From Candidatus Saganbacteria bacterium (GTDB lineage Bacteria; Margulisbacteria; WOR-1; XYC2-FULL-46-14), in NCBI GenBank assembly GCA_013202975.1, contig JABMQY010000039.1:1-61900 (forward strand): a stretch of 61,900 bases of DNA, in the 5' to 3' direction. The position numbers and the translations under genes are program-made. The notes under the pieces are model-generated. The model was not told the origin of the DNA and made no database searches. It saw only the letters and a list, made by a program, of their open reading frames with translations. Each line of letters starts with the position of its first letter. Position 1 is the first letter of the stretch. Of the stretch, positions 27,883 through 37,200 are shown one piece after another.

Positions 27883-29845
27883 GAAGTTAGTATTTTTGGA
27901 ATTTATTGATGAGGCGGATGCTTATCTGTCAAAGAATAAGAATATATCTGATGATACTCTTTTTATCGCTTTGATGCCGAGGATCAAGCTTTATCTAGAA
28001 AAAAAAGGCGTTAGGGTTGATTCTACTTACGGCTATTTTGACAATTCGTCTCACGCAAAAGTCTCTTTGTGGGTTGAGGAGGCAATTGGTTGTTTTGAGG
28101 ATGCGCTTGAAATAAAAGACAGTTCTTCAATATCAGAAACCTATCATAATTCGTTTATTTATTATCTTCGTTTTACTTTTACTTACTTAGCCTGGGTAAC
28201 CGAAGTTATTCATAATGCTTGCAAGAAGCATTTGCCGCAAGAGATTTGTGCCTGTATTCAGCAGCATAACCAGGTAACTACCCCATTAATATCAGACCAG
28301 GAGCGCTATCTTGGATTAATCTGTAGGGATTATTCTGCTAGACGGAGGATTGGGTTTTGTGGCCTTGATTTTAAGGTGAATCCTGTTAATGAAAATTTAA
28401 AGGGAGGATCAAATACATATTCAAACATTTTCATTCGTCTTGCCGCCAAAATCAATTTGTGGTGTTTTGCCCGTGCCTGTCAAAAGCCGGCAATTTTAGC
28501 TACGGGTTTTTCTTATGGCATGCCGGAGTTGTTTTTAAAATTACAAGATAGTTTTTCTGATTTTTCTTGGCTGCTTTTTATAGGGGCGAGAAGCTCCAAA
28601 CTCAAAATATTTTTATTAATGCTAGTTAATCTTTTTTCCGCAATTACAGGTATAAAAACAAGTCTTTTTAATGCACGGGTTCCGATTAATGTTGTTTTTC
28701 CTCTTGATTTTGTCGGGTATCTCTCTTTGGATATCAATGATGTTCAATTTAACCTTTGCCTGAACCAGACTTGGAAAAGGATTGATGCAATGCCCAAACA
28801 AATTTTCTTGTTTGAAGATGTGTTTTTGGGGAAGTTGATTAAAAAAAGACTTTCTGATGGTATTTTGCCGGAAATAAAAAGATTGCATAAAATGGTAGCC
28901 GGAATGGAAAAACTTGTTGCAAAAGCAAGGCCCTTTTTTGTTTTGTCCCCATTTAGCAGGTCAGAAACCTTTGCCTTGGGAGAAATCTGCAGGTTAAATG
29001 AGATTCCAGCTATGCTTATTTCCCATGGGACTCATATCCCTCCTAAAAATCGTGTTGAAGAAATTGAGCATGATCATTTAGGTCGTGGGGTTATTAATAC
29101 TGAATTTCCTTATACTGCGGCGCAGTCCCCCTGGGAAGTTAAATATGCTGACCACTTTAAGATAAAAAGTAAAGTTGTTAAAACGGGCCCCCTGCTTTGG
29201 TCAATAATTTCTGGGTCTCCACCCCCAAATTTAAAACAATTAATATTGGGTAAAAAATTTGCTGATAAAAGGGTTGTTTTACATGCCGCTACACAAAAAG
29301 CAAGGGAAAGCATGAGAATGCATATCAATGAGACAGCTGATGAGTATATACAAGAGATCCTTGATATTTTTCAGGCAATAAAGCAGATTAAAGAGGCCGT
29401 TTTAGTTGTTAAATTCCGCAGTACTTCTAACCTTTCTTTAAAAGATCTGTTAACTGCTTTGCCTCAATCCGACCAATTGATTGTTGTTACAAAGCCATCT
29501 TTGGTGGATTTGTTGAGTATAACTGATCTGTTGGTTAGTTTTCAATCAACAGTTATCCAAGAAGCAATTTTAAATAGAATTCCGGTGCTAATGTATGGCG
29601 GCAGAGGACGCTATCAGCATTTTCCTGCTTTCGTAGTCAAGCCTGGGATTATGCCTAAGAAATGCTCAGCCTATCACGCAGTAAACTGTGAGGATTTGCA
29701 ATTAACCCTTGAATGGCTTCTAAGGAATCATAGCGGCAGATGTTTGGATGATCAGCATATAAGGGAGCATCTGTTTCTTCCTGATGAAAAAGAGGGAATT
29801 ATTGATTTTATAAATAAATTAAGGGAGGAAAAAGTCTCTTTATGA
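27872..29845 (+). CDS. Large orphan glycan-biosynthesis protein, putative ulosonate transferase
   Basis: TTG start after GGGGAG; IPAMLISHG, KTGP, LVVKFR, DLLSITDLLVSFQSTVIQEAIL.RIPV (GT-B-like C-terminus). Confidence 0.55.
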   Translation: MSVKKLVFLEFIDEADAYLSKNKNISDDTLFIALMPRIKLYLEKKGVRVDSTYGYFDNSSHAKVSLWVEEAIGCFEDALEIKDSSSISETYHNSFIYYLRFTFTYLAWVTEVIHNACKKHLPQEICACIQQHNQVTTPLISDQERYLGLICRDYSARRRIGFCGLDFKVNPVNENLKGGSNTYSNIFIRLAAKINLWCFARACQKPAILATGFSYGMPELFLKLQDSFSDFSWLLFIGARSSKLKIFLLMLVNLFSAITGIKTSLFNARVPINVVFPLDFVGYLSLDINDVQFNLCLNQTWKRIDAMPKQIFLFEDVFLGKLIKKRLSDGILPEIKRLHKMVAGMEKLVAKARPFFVLSPFSRSETFALGEICRLNEIPAMLISHGTHIPPKNRVEEIEHDHLGRGVINTEFPYTAAQSPWEVKYADHFKIKSKVVKTGPLLWSIISGSPPPNLKQLILGKKFADKRVVLHAATQKARESMRMHINETADEYIQEILDIFQAIKQIKEAVLVVKFRSTSNLSLKDLLTALPQSDQLIVVTKPSLVDLLSITDLLVSFQSTVIQEAILNRIPVLMYGGRGRYQHFPAFVVKPGIMPKKCSAYHAVNCEDLQLTLEWLLRNHSGRCLDDQHIREHLFLPDEKEGIIDFINKLREEKVSL

Positions 29846-30747
29846 AGATATTAATTTCTACTAGTTCTTTTGGGAATTTTGACGATTCGCCAATCAGGAC
29901 ATTGGAGTCAAAAGGATTGGAAGTTGTCTTGAATCCATATAAAAGGAAACTTGCTGTTTCTGAGAGTATTGAATTGCTTAATGGAGTAGCTGGTTTAATT
30001 GCCGGGACAGAAGCTTTAACAGAGGATGTTTTGATTAAATCAAAAAATCTGAAGGTGATTTCTCGTTGTGGTGTTGGAATGGACAGTGTTGACCTAAAAA
30101 CTGCCCAAAGGTTAGGGATTGAGGTCATTAATACTCCGGATGCACCGACGCAATCTGTGGCTGAGCTTGCAATTGCTCTGATTTTTTCACTTTTACGGCA
30201 TATCTCTGTATCGGACAAGAATGTAAAAGAAGGTAAGTGGAACAAGTTGATGGGGAATCTTTTAATCGGCAAAACCTTGGGCATAATCGGTTATGGCAGG
30301 ATCGGGAGGCGGCTATGCCACCTTTTGTCACCTTTTGGATTAAACATAATTGCCCATGATATAAATGAGGATTCTAGCGCCAAATTTGTGTCGCTGGATG
30401 AACTTTTTGCCAATGCGGATATACTAACTATTCATGTTTCAACATCAAAATGTCTTATTGGTAAGAATGAACTAAAAAAGGTAAAACCCACCGCTCTTAT
30501 GGTTAATCTTTCTCGGGGGGGAGTTGTTGATGAGGATGCTTTGTTTTCTGCCCTAAAAGAGAAAAGGATTGCTGGAGCAGCAGTAGATGTTTTTAGCAAA
30601 GAGCCTTATTCCGGTCCATTAAGTGAATTTGATAATGTAATTTTAACTCCACATATTGGTTCGTACGCAAAAGAGAGCAGGATTGAAATGGAAAAACAGG
30701 CTGTTCACAATTTAATTAAAGCCTTTGAGATGAAAGGGGTATTATGA
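29842..30747 (+). CDS. D-2-hydroxyacid dehydrogenase, phosphoglycerate dehydrogenase-like (no ACT domain)
   Basis: ISRCGVGMDSVD, SVAEL, GIIGYGRIG, NLSRGGVVDE, DVF..EP, TPHIG. Confidence 0.9.
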   Translation: MKILISTSSFGNFDDSPIRTLESKGLEVVLNPYKRKLAVSESIELLNGVAGLIAGTEALTEDVLIKSKNLKVISRCGVGMDSVDLKTAQRLGIEVINTPDAPTQSVAELAIALIFSLLRHISVSDKNVKEGKWNKLMGNLLIGKTLGIIGYGRIGRRLCHLLSPFGLNIIAHDINEDSSAKFVSLDELFANADILTIHVSTSKCLIGKNELKKVKPTALMVNLSRGGVVDEDALFSALKEKRIAGAAVDVFSKEPYSGPLSEFDNVILTPHIGSYAKESRIEMEKQAVHNLIKAFEMKGVL

Positions 30748-32279
30748 AAGTAATTGTTTTTGGAGGATCGGGTTTTTTGGGTAGTCATGTTGCTGATGCT
30801 TTATCAAAATCTGGACATGAGGTTACTATCTTTGATATAAAGCAATCTTCTCATTTAAAACAAAATCAAAAAATGATAATTGGGGATATTCTTGATCAGG
30901 TTGCGGTAGAAGCTGCCGTGGCTGGGATGGATTTGGTCTACCATTTTGCAGGAATTGCAGACATAAAAGAGGCCTTTGAGAAACGCCGTGAGGCAATTCA
31001 GTATAATATATTAGGAACCTTGAATTTGTTAGAAGCAAGCCGTTTAGGAAAAATTAAGCGGTTTATTTTTGCCTCAACAGTTTATGTTTGTAGTAACTCC
31101 GGGTCGATTTATCGAACTACCAAAAGAGCCTGTGAGTCCCTTATAGAGGATTATTTAAAGGCCTTCGATCTTGAATATACAATCCTTCGTTATGGTTCGT
31201 TATATGGTGCTCGGGCTGGGATGAACAATAGTGTATATCGGTTGATCTATCAGACAATAAAAGAAGAAAATCTGATTGAATTTTCAGCAAATCCTGATGA
31301 TGAGAGAAAATATATACATGTTGAAGATGCGGCTATTATGAGCGTTGATATCTTGGACGAAAAATATAAGAATCAGAGACTTATTTTGACCGGAAAGGAA
31401 TCGATAAAGGTTAGCGATTTATTTGCGGTTATAAAACAGATGGTTGGGAAGGAAATAAAAATTAAATATAGGTCTCCGGATCAAAATTTTCATTATAACA
31501 AGCATTATGATGATCAGCTTCAGCTCCTTGCCGGCAAAGAAATTTATGCCGGGAGAAACCTTAATGATCAGTTAAGCATGCTGGTTGAGAAAATTCAGGA
31601 GAGGGAGATTAAGAAAATCAAGAAACTAAAGGCAATCATTTTTGATTTTGATGGGGTTATCCTGGAATCTGTTGATATTAAAACAAAGGCCTTTGCAAAA
31701 CTTTTTGCCGATTACCCTGAGCATATTGATGATATTATAAAGCTTCATCTTGATAATGGCGGAATGTCGAGATTTAAGAAGTTTGAGATAATTTATCGTG
31801 ATTTTTTCAAGAAACCCCTTAGTGAAAGTAAGAGCCGGGAATTAGGCGGCCAATTTTCAAAAATTGTATTTGATGAGGTGTTAAGATGTTCTTTTGTAAA
31901 AGGTGCAAAGCAGCTATTAGACAAACATCTTGAGTGCTACGATTTTTATATTGTTTCTGGGACGCCTGAAGACGAGATCCGTTCAATAGTGGAAAAAAGA
32001 GGTTTAGGTTGTTATTTTAAGAAGGTTTATGGTTCACCTGCTTCAAAGGGGAATTTAATTGGCAAAATATTAAAGGATGAGGCCCTCATTCCCGATGAGG
32101 TTGTTTTTATAGGGGATTCGATAAATGATTATAAAGGTGCAAAGGAAGCTGGGGTGAAATTTATTGCCAGAAAATTGAGCCCTAAGATTAGTACCTTTGA
32201 CGGGTTAGATAATTATGCCATAGTTGATGATTTGGAGCAGTTTGATCATATACTTTGCGAAGAAAGGAGTGCTAAATAA
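30744..32279 (+). CDS. Fusion: NAD-dependent epimerase/dehydratase + HAD phosphatase
   Basis: N-terminal GGSGFLGSH, Y.TTK, LRYGSLYG; C-terminal FDFDGVI, IVSGTP, K, FIGDSIND. Confidence 0.85.
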   Translation: MKVIVFGGSGFLGSHVADALSKSGHEVTIFDIKQSSHLKQNQKMIIGDILDQVAVEAAVAGMDLVYHFAGIADIKEAFEKRREAIQYNILGTLNLLEASRLGKIKRFIFASTVYVCSNSGSIYRTTKRACESLIEDYLKAFDLEYTILRYGSLYGARAGMNNSVYRLIYQTIKEENLIEFSANPDDERKYIHVEDAAIMSVDILDEKYKNQRLILTGKESIKVSDLFAVIKQMVGKEIKIKYRSPDQNFHYNKHYDDQLQLLAGKEIYAGRNLNDQLSMLVEKIQEREIKKIKKLKAIIFDFDGVILESVDIKTKAFAKLFADYPEHIDDIIKLHLDNGGMSRFKKFEIIYRDFFKKPLSESKSRELGGQFSKIVFDEVLRCSFVKGAKQLLDKHLECYDFYIVSGTPEDEIRSIVEKRGLGCYFKKVYGSPASKGNLIGKILKDEALIPDEVVFIGDSINDYKGAKEAGVKFIARKLSPKISTFDGLDNYAIVDDLEQFDHILCEERSAK

Positions 32280-32959
32280 TGAAACAGGAAATTGTTGCCG
32301 TTGTTGCGGTGCGCGAGGGATCGATTAGGGTGAAAGACAAGAATTTTCGTCCTTTTGCTTCGGAAAAGAGCTTGTTGCATCTTAAGATATCTCAATTAAA
32401 AAAATCAGGATGTTTTGACCATATCTATGTAACATCTGATTCTAGAAAAGCTAAGGAAATTGCACAAGAGCTGGGGGTTGAGTTTTTGGAGCGTGATCAT
32501 TATATGTGCAAAGGAGATACCCCTTGGTCTGAAGTAGTCCATTATATTGCATCTTCTGTTCCTGGAGATCCGATTATTTGCTGGGCCAATCCAACTAGCC
32601 CTTTTCAAGCAGATTATGCGGATGCAGTCAAAAAGTTTTTAGAGATTCAACCGGAGTATAATAGTCTTATTTCTGTTGAAGAGGTAAGAGAGTTTTTTGT
32701 TAATTCAAACGGTCGTCCGGCCAACCATAATTGGGGTTTTTGGCATGAGCGTTCTCAGGATTTGGAAAAATTAAATCGTATGACAACTGCTATTTTTATT
32801 GCCAAAAAGTCGGATATGATTAGTTGGCATTATATGATAGGAACAAAGGTATTTCTTTATTATGTCTCAAAGACAGAGGGGATAGATATTGATACTCCCG
32901 AGGATTTTAGTTTGGCCGAAAAAATCTACCTTTGCAGGAGTGAAAATGAACGAAAATAA
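32279..32959 (+). CDS. Second CMP-ulosonate synthetase-like cytidylyltransferase
   Basis: VREGSIRVKDKNFRPF, TSDS, PTSP, SQDLE, IDIDTPEDF. Confidence 0.85.
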   Translation: MKQEIVAVVAVREGSIRVKDKNFRPFASEKSLLHLKISQLKKSGCFDHIYVTSDSRKAKEIAQELGVEFLERDHYMCKGDTPWSEVVHYIASSVPGDPIICWANPTSPFQADYADAVKKFLEIQPEYNSLISVEEVREFFVNSNGRPANHNWGFWHERSQDLEKLNRMTTAIFIAKKSDMISWHYMIGTKVFLYYVSKTEGIDIDTPEDFSLAEKIYLCRSENERK

Positions 32960-34661
32960 AAAAATTGAGCTGCTTGATTGCACTATCCGCGATGGCGGGT
33001 ATGTAAATAATTGGGATTTTGACAAGAAGCTGGTCCGTGAAACCTATCGGGCCCTTTCTAAGTCCGGGGTTGATTATGTTGAGCTTGGATACCATGGATC
33101 AGAAAAATATTTTGATAAAAGTAAGTTTGGGAGATTTAGGTTTTCTGATGCAGATGTTATTAATCAGATATGCGATGGAATAGATGGGGCTCAGGTAGCT
33201 TTAATGGTTGATTACGGCAAATTTGATTTGGCCGATTTAATTCAATACAAAGATTCTCCGGTGAAGCTCATTCGTTTAGCTTTTCATAAAGATAAACTTG
33301 AAGAGGCATTAGGTGTAGTTTCTTCCATAAATAAAATGGGGCTAAAAACATCTGTAAATCTTATGGGGTTTGTAGGTTATACTGTCGAGGAACGTATGAA
33401 ACTTTTAACGCTGCTCAAAGGGATTTCCCTGGACTATGCTTATGTAGCCGATAGTTATGGGTCAATGTTTCCAAATCAAATTGGCGATTTTTTTAGACCT
33501 TTACTCGAATTAGACCATATCAAATGGGGATTTCATCCTCATAATAACCTGCAAATGGCTTTTGCTAACTCTTTGGCAGCAATAGATGCGGGTGCTGTTA
33601 TTATAGACGGATCGGTCTTTGGTATGGGAAGAGGAGCGGGGAATTTGCCGAGTGAAATTATGCTGGCTTACCTGCACCATTTAAAGCCGGATAAATATAA
33701 TGTAATCCCGGTTTTGAATTTGATTGATCGTTATTATCAGGATCTCTATAAAAAATACGGATGGGGATATAACTTACCCTATATGCTTTCCGGAACGTAT
33801 GGATGCCATCCTAATTATGCAAAAAATCTGGTTGAGAGACAAGAATATGAAATTAAGGATATTTGGAATATTTTTGAGGTGATTGCCGCCAATAATCCGG
33901 TCGGCTTCAAGAAAGAGCTGGTTGATGAAATATTAAGAAAGGGGCTTTTCACTAAAAAACTATCCACAACTTCAGGTAAAAAGTCTCTTGAGACAAATAG
34001 TTATTCTAGCGTGTCAGTTCCTTACCTAAACAGGCATAAAAACAGAGATTTTCTTGTTTTAGCTAATGGGCCAAGCTTAAAAGAATATCAGCATGAGATA
34101 CAATCTTTTATTGAAAAATTTGATCCGATTATCCTTGGGGGGAACTTCCTGGGCGGATTGTTTAAGCCGCACTATCACGGTTTTGCAAATAAACGCAGGT
34201 TTACCGATTATGTTGATACGGTTGACAAAGATTCAAAGCTTCTTATAGGCCAGAATATTCCAAAAGAGATGATAAATGAGTATGCAAAGCGTGATTATGA
34301 GCTTGTTTATTATGAAAATACTCTGGAAAATACGTTTGACATACAAAATGGGGTTATCTCCTCAAGCTGCAGAACTATTTCTGTCCTTTTAGCTGCAGTG
34401 GCTTTAGTAATGGGGGCAAAAAAGATCTTTATTGTCGGAATGGATGGTTATATGGGCAATTCTCAGGACAAAATTCATCATTTTTATAAAGAGAGAAATG
34501 AAACAGAGAATTTGAATGAACTAAGGGAGAGAAATGATTGGAATTTAGTCTTTTTGAAGCAAATTGATGATTATATGATGTCTTTGGGGCTGGAGGGGCT
34601 GCATATTCTAACTCCGACAAATTATAAAGAATTTTATAAGGGGATAAAGAATTATATATGA
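32946..34661 (+). CDS. Fusion: DRE-TIM (HMGL-like/4-hydroxy-2-oxovalerate aldolase-like) domain + Maf/GT42-like C-terminal domain
   Basis: LLDCTIRDGGY, ADSYGSM, GFHPHNN, GMGRGAGN; Ser/Lys linker; then LVLANGPSL ... IFIVGMDGY. Confidence 0.8.
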   Translation: MNENKKIELLDCTIRDGGYVNNWDFDKKLVRETYRALSKSGVDYVELGYHGSEKYFDKSKFGRFRFSDADVINQICDGIDGAQVALMVDYGKFDLADLIQYKDSPVKLIRLAFHKDKLEEALGVVSSINKMGLKTSVNLMGFVGYTVEERMKLLTLLKGISLDYAYVADSYGSMFPNQIGDFFRPLLELDHIKWGFHPHNNLQMAFANSLAAIDAGAVIIDGSVFGMGRGAGNLPSEIMLAYLHHLKPDKYNVIPVLNLIDRYYQDLYKKYGWGYNLPYMLSGTYGCHPNYAKNLVERQEYEIKDIWNIFEVIAANNPVGFKKELVDEILRKGLFTKKLSTTSGKKSLETNSYSSVSVPYLNRHKNRDFLVLANGPSLKEYQHEIQSFIEKFDPIILGGNFLGGLFKPHYHGFANKRRFTDYVDTVDKDSKLLIGQNIPKEMINEYAKRDYELVYYENTLENTFDIQNGVISSSCRTISVLLAAVALVMGAKKIFIVGMDGYMGNSQDKIHHFYKERNETENLNELRERNDWNLVFLKQIDDYMMSLGLEGLHILTPTNYKEFYKGIKNYI

Positions 34662-35662
34662 GTAGATTTGAAGAGCTAAAGGCTATATTAGCACAGGGAA
34701 AATTTTTTAAAATAGTCTGTGGCGCGGGTAATGAGGATGCAGAAGAGGTTAGAAAACTATCTTTAGTCTATACTCTGGCCGGAGCGCTGGGAATAGATGT
34801 TTCTGCCAATGTTGAGATAGTAAAGAGTTCGGTAATTGGGGTTGATCGGGCCCTTGAGCTGGCTCCCAAATTGGGTAAGCAGTTAAAAACCCGGCCATTT
34901 ATCAATGTAAGTATCGGGATGCGCGGTGACCCGCATATAAGAAAAGCAAAGATAGACCCCAACATTTGCTCTCAATGCGGAGTCTGCCTTGATAGATGTA
35001 TTCAAAAGGCAATTTCTCCTGACCATCAGGTGATTATGAAGCGTTGTATTGGTTGTGGCGATTGTTCATCGATTTGTCCTGTTGACGCGGTTTCTTTTTA
35101 TGATAAGAGATGTGAGTTAAGCAAAATTCTTCCTGAGTGCTTAAAGAATGGAGCTGAAACATTTGAATTGCATGCCATAATTCCGGATGATGATTCTGTG
35201 ATGAAGGACTGGATCCTCATGAATGACATTTTAAAAGATAATTATATAAGCATGTGTTTAGACCGCTCGCAATTATCGGATTCTCATCTGATAAGACGGA
35301 TAAAAGAGGCCTCAAAAATTACTGGGGATCGAATGATTGTCCAGGCGGATGGGGTGCCGATGAGCGGTGGAAACAATAGTTATAATACTACACTTCAGGC
35401 AATTGCTATTTCGGATATTGTTAAAAAAAGCAATCTTCCCGTAATGATTCTCGCTTCCGGAGGGACCAATTCTAAAACAGGGGAATTGGCCCGCCTCTGC
35501 GAAGTAAAGGTTCATGGGGTTTCAGTTGGAACCTTTGCCAGAAGATTAGTCGCGGATTTAATAAAAAATGAGGATTTTGAGAGTGATATTAACATGATTA
35601 AACGGGCGGTTTCAATTGCGGAGGGATTAGTAAAAGAAAATCTGGAGGAGATTTGTGGTTAG
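34658..35662 (+). CDS. LdpA-family 2x[4Fe-4S] protein
   Basis: FKIVCGAG.ED...L..VYTLAGA..IDVSA, DPHIRKA, CxxCxxCxxxC and CxxCxxCxxxCP, ELH, QADGVPMSG, SGGTN..T, GVSVGTFAR all match the cyanobacterial LdpA pattern as recalled. Confidence 0.8.
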   Translation: MSRFEELKAILAQGKFFKIVCGAGNEDAEEVRKLSLVYTLAGALGIDVSANVEIVKSSVIGVDRALELAPKLGKQLKTRPFINVSIGMRGDPHIRKAKIDPNICSQCGVCLDRCIQKAISPDHQVIMKRCIGCGDCSSICPVDAVSFYDKRCELSKILPECLKNGAETFELHAIIPDDDSVMKDWILMNDILKDNYISMCLDRSQLSDSHLIRRIKEASKITGDRMIVQADGVPMSGGNNSYNTTLQAIAISDIVKKSNLPVMILASGGTNSKTGELARLCEVKVHGVSVGTFARRLVADLIKNEDFESDINMIKRAVSIAEGLVKENLEEICG

Positions 35663-36410
35663 CATTGGGATAAATGATAAGATCTTAGAAGATATTCAAC
35701 TAGTAATCTTTGATCGTGATGGGACCATGATTGATCTGTATCATTACTGGTCGCAGATGATAAAAATGAGATCAGTTATGATCTGTAATGAGCTTGGGCT
35801 GTCTGATAATCACAAAAATAATCTTATGTCCGTTATGGGGATTGATGTCGAAAAAAAGAAAATCAAACCGGAAGGGCCGGTCGGAATTAAGAAGAGAGAA
35901 GTTGTAATGCAGGCGGCAGTTGACTATCTTCTTTCTATCAAAATGGGCAATAAAAATGATTTTTGTATTAAAGTTTTTAGTGAAGTTGATAAAATCTCTC
36001 AAGATGAAGTTGCTAAGCTTATAAGTCCAATTGAGGGTCTATATCCCCTGCTTGAAGGGTTGAAGAGTTCGGGCTGCAAAATTGCTATTGCTACCACAGA
36101 CCGGACCGGCCGAGCCGAATTATCTGTAAAATTCCTAAAAATCAACGATAAGATCGATTTTGTTATCGGCTCAGATGGGGTTGAATGTTCAAAGCCGGCA
36201 CCGGACATGATTAATTTGATATTAAAGAAGCTTAATATAGACAAAACAAATACGATTATGGTTGGAGATGCGGCATCGGATATCAAAATGGGTATCAATG
36301 CAGGGGTAAAGGCCGGGATTGCGGTCTGTTCTGGAATAACTCCCGAGAAAAAATTGAGTGAACTGACCCCATTGGTTATAAAAGATATTTCTGAGATAAA
36401 AATTTATTAA
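35655..36410 (+). CDS. HAD-superfamily phosphatase
   Basis: IFDRDGT, IATTD, KPAPD, MVGDAASD. Confidence 0.9.
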   Translation: MVSIGINDKILEDIQLVIFDRDGTMIDLYHYWSQMIKMRSVMICNELGLSDNHKNNLMSVMGIDVEKKKIKPEGPVGIKKREVVMQAAVDYLLSIKMGNKNDFCIKVFSEVDKISQDEVAKLISPIEGLYPLLEGLKSSGCKIAIATTDRTGRAELSVKFLKINDKIDFVIGSDGVECSKPAPDMINLILKKLNIDKTNTIMVGDAASDIKMGINAGVKAGIAVCSGITPEKKLSELTPLVIKDISEIKIY

Positions 36411-36423
36411 ATAGGAGATGTTT

Positions 36424-37194
36424 ATGGCTAGCAATAATAGATTAAAGGAAAAAATAAAAAATGGAGAGACGGTTCTTGGTACCTGGTGTATATTGCCTTC
36501 GCCATCAGTAATTAATGTGATAGCGGCTGCAAGGTTAGATTTTGTAATAATTGATATGGAGCATGGTCCGATCGGTTTTGAAACTGCAGAAGATATGGTT
36601 CGAGCCGCCCAATCAGAGGATTGTTCTGCCATAGTTCGAGTCCCCAAAAATGATGAGTCGGATATACTGCGTGCTCTGGATATTGGGGCGGATGGTATTG
36701 TAATTCCGCATATAGAAAAAGTTGAAGATCGAAAACGGGCCATCAAAAGTATTAAGTATTTTCCCATTGGAGAGAGAGGCTTTTCTCCGTTTACACGAGC
36801 AGGGAGTTATGATCCGGCCGATCCAGCAGTTCATACAAAGAGGGAAAACGAAAAGACCATGACGGTTTTGATTATTGAAGGGGTGGAAGGTGTAAAAAAT
36901 CTTGATAGCATAATTGACGATCAAAATATTGATGTGGTTTATTTTGGTTTGTGCGATCTATCCCAGGCTATTGGTGTTCCGGGAAAATTGGATGATCCCA
37001 AGCTAAAGGAGTATGTCTCTGCTTGTGTAAAAAAAGTAAAAGACAAAAACATGGCTGTTGGGGCATTTACCGACAGACCCGAAATGCTCAAGTGGTTCAA
37101 AGAGATTGGGATTCAATTTATTACCTATTCATTGGATACTACGGAATTATGCAGAAGTTTTAAACATTTCATTAAAGATTTTAATGATTATTAG
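36424..37194 (+). CDS. HpcH/HpaI class II pyruvate aldolase
   Basis: DFVIIDMEHGP, IVRVP, RALDIGADGIVIPH, YFP.GERG, IIE..EGV.NLDSI, G.CDLS. Confidence 0.9.
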   Translation: MASNNRLKEKIKNGETVLGTWCILPSPSVINVIAAARLDFVIIDMEHGPIGFETAEDMVRAAQSEDCSAIVRVPKNDESDILRALDIGADGIVIPHIEKVEDRKRAIKSIKYFPIGERGFSPFTRAGSYDPADPAVHTKRENEKTMTVLIIEGVEGVKNLDSIIDDQNIDVVYFGLCDLSQAIGVPGKLDDPKLKEYVSACVKKVKDKNMAVGAFTDRPEMLKWFKEIGIQFITYSLDTTELCRSFKHFIKDFNDY

Positions 37195-37200
37195 GAGTTA

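Noticed and set aside
29808-30284. 158-aa reverse-strand ORF, and the many other 60-145 aa alternate-frame ORFs
   Set aside because: Lie within or across well-supported + strand genes and show no family motifs
34658-35662. Circadian clock locus
   Set aside because: No kaiA/B/C, cikA or sasA in the window; the context is sugar biosynthesis
36222-36767. 181-aa reverse-strand ORF
   Set aside because: Antisense shadow of the HAD and HpcH genes; no motifs
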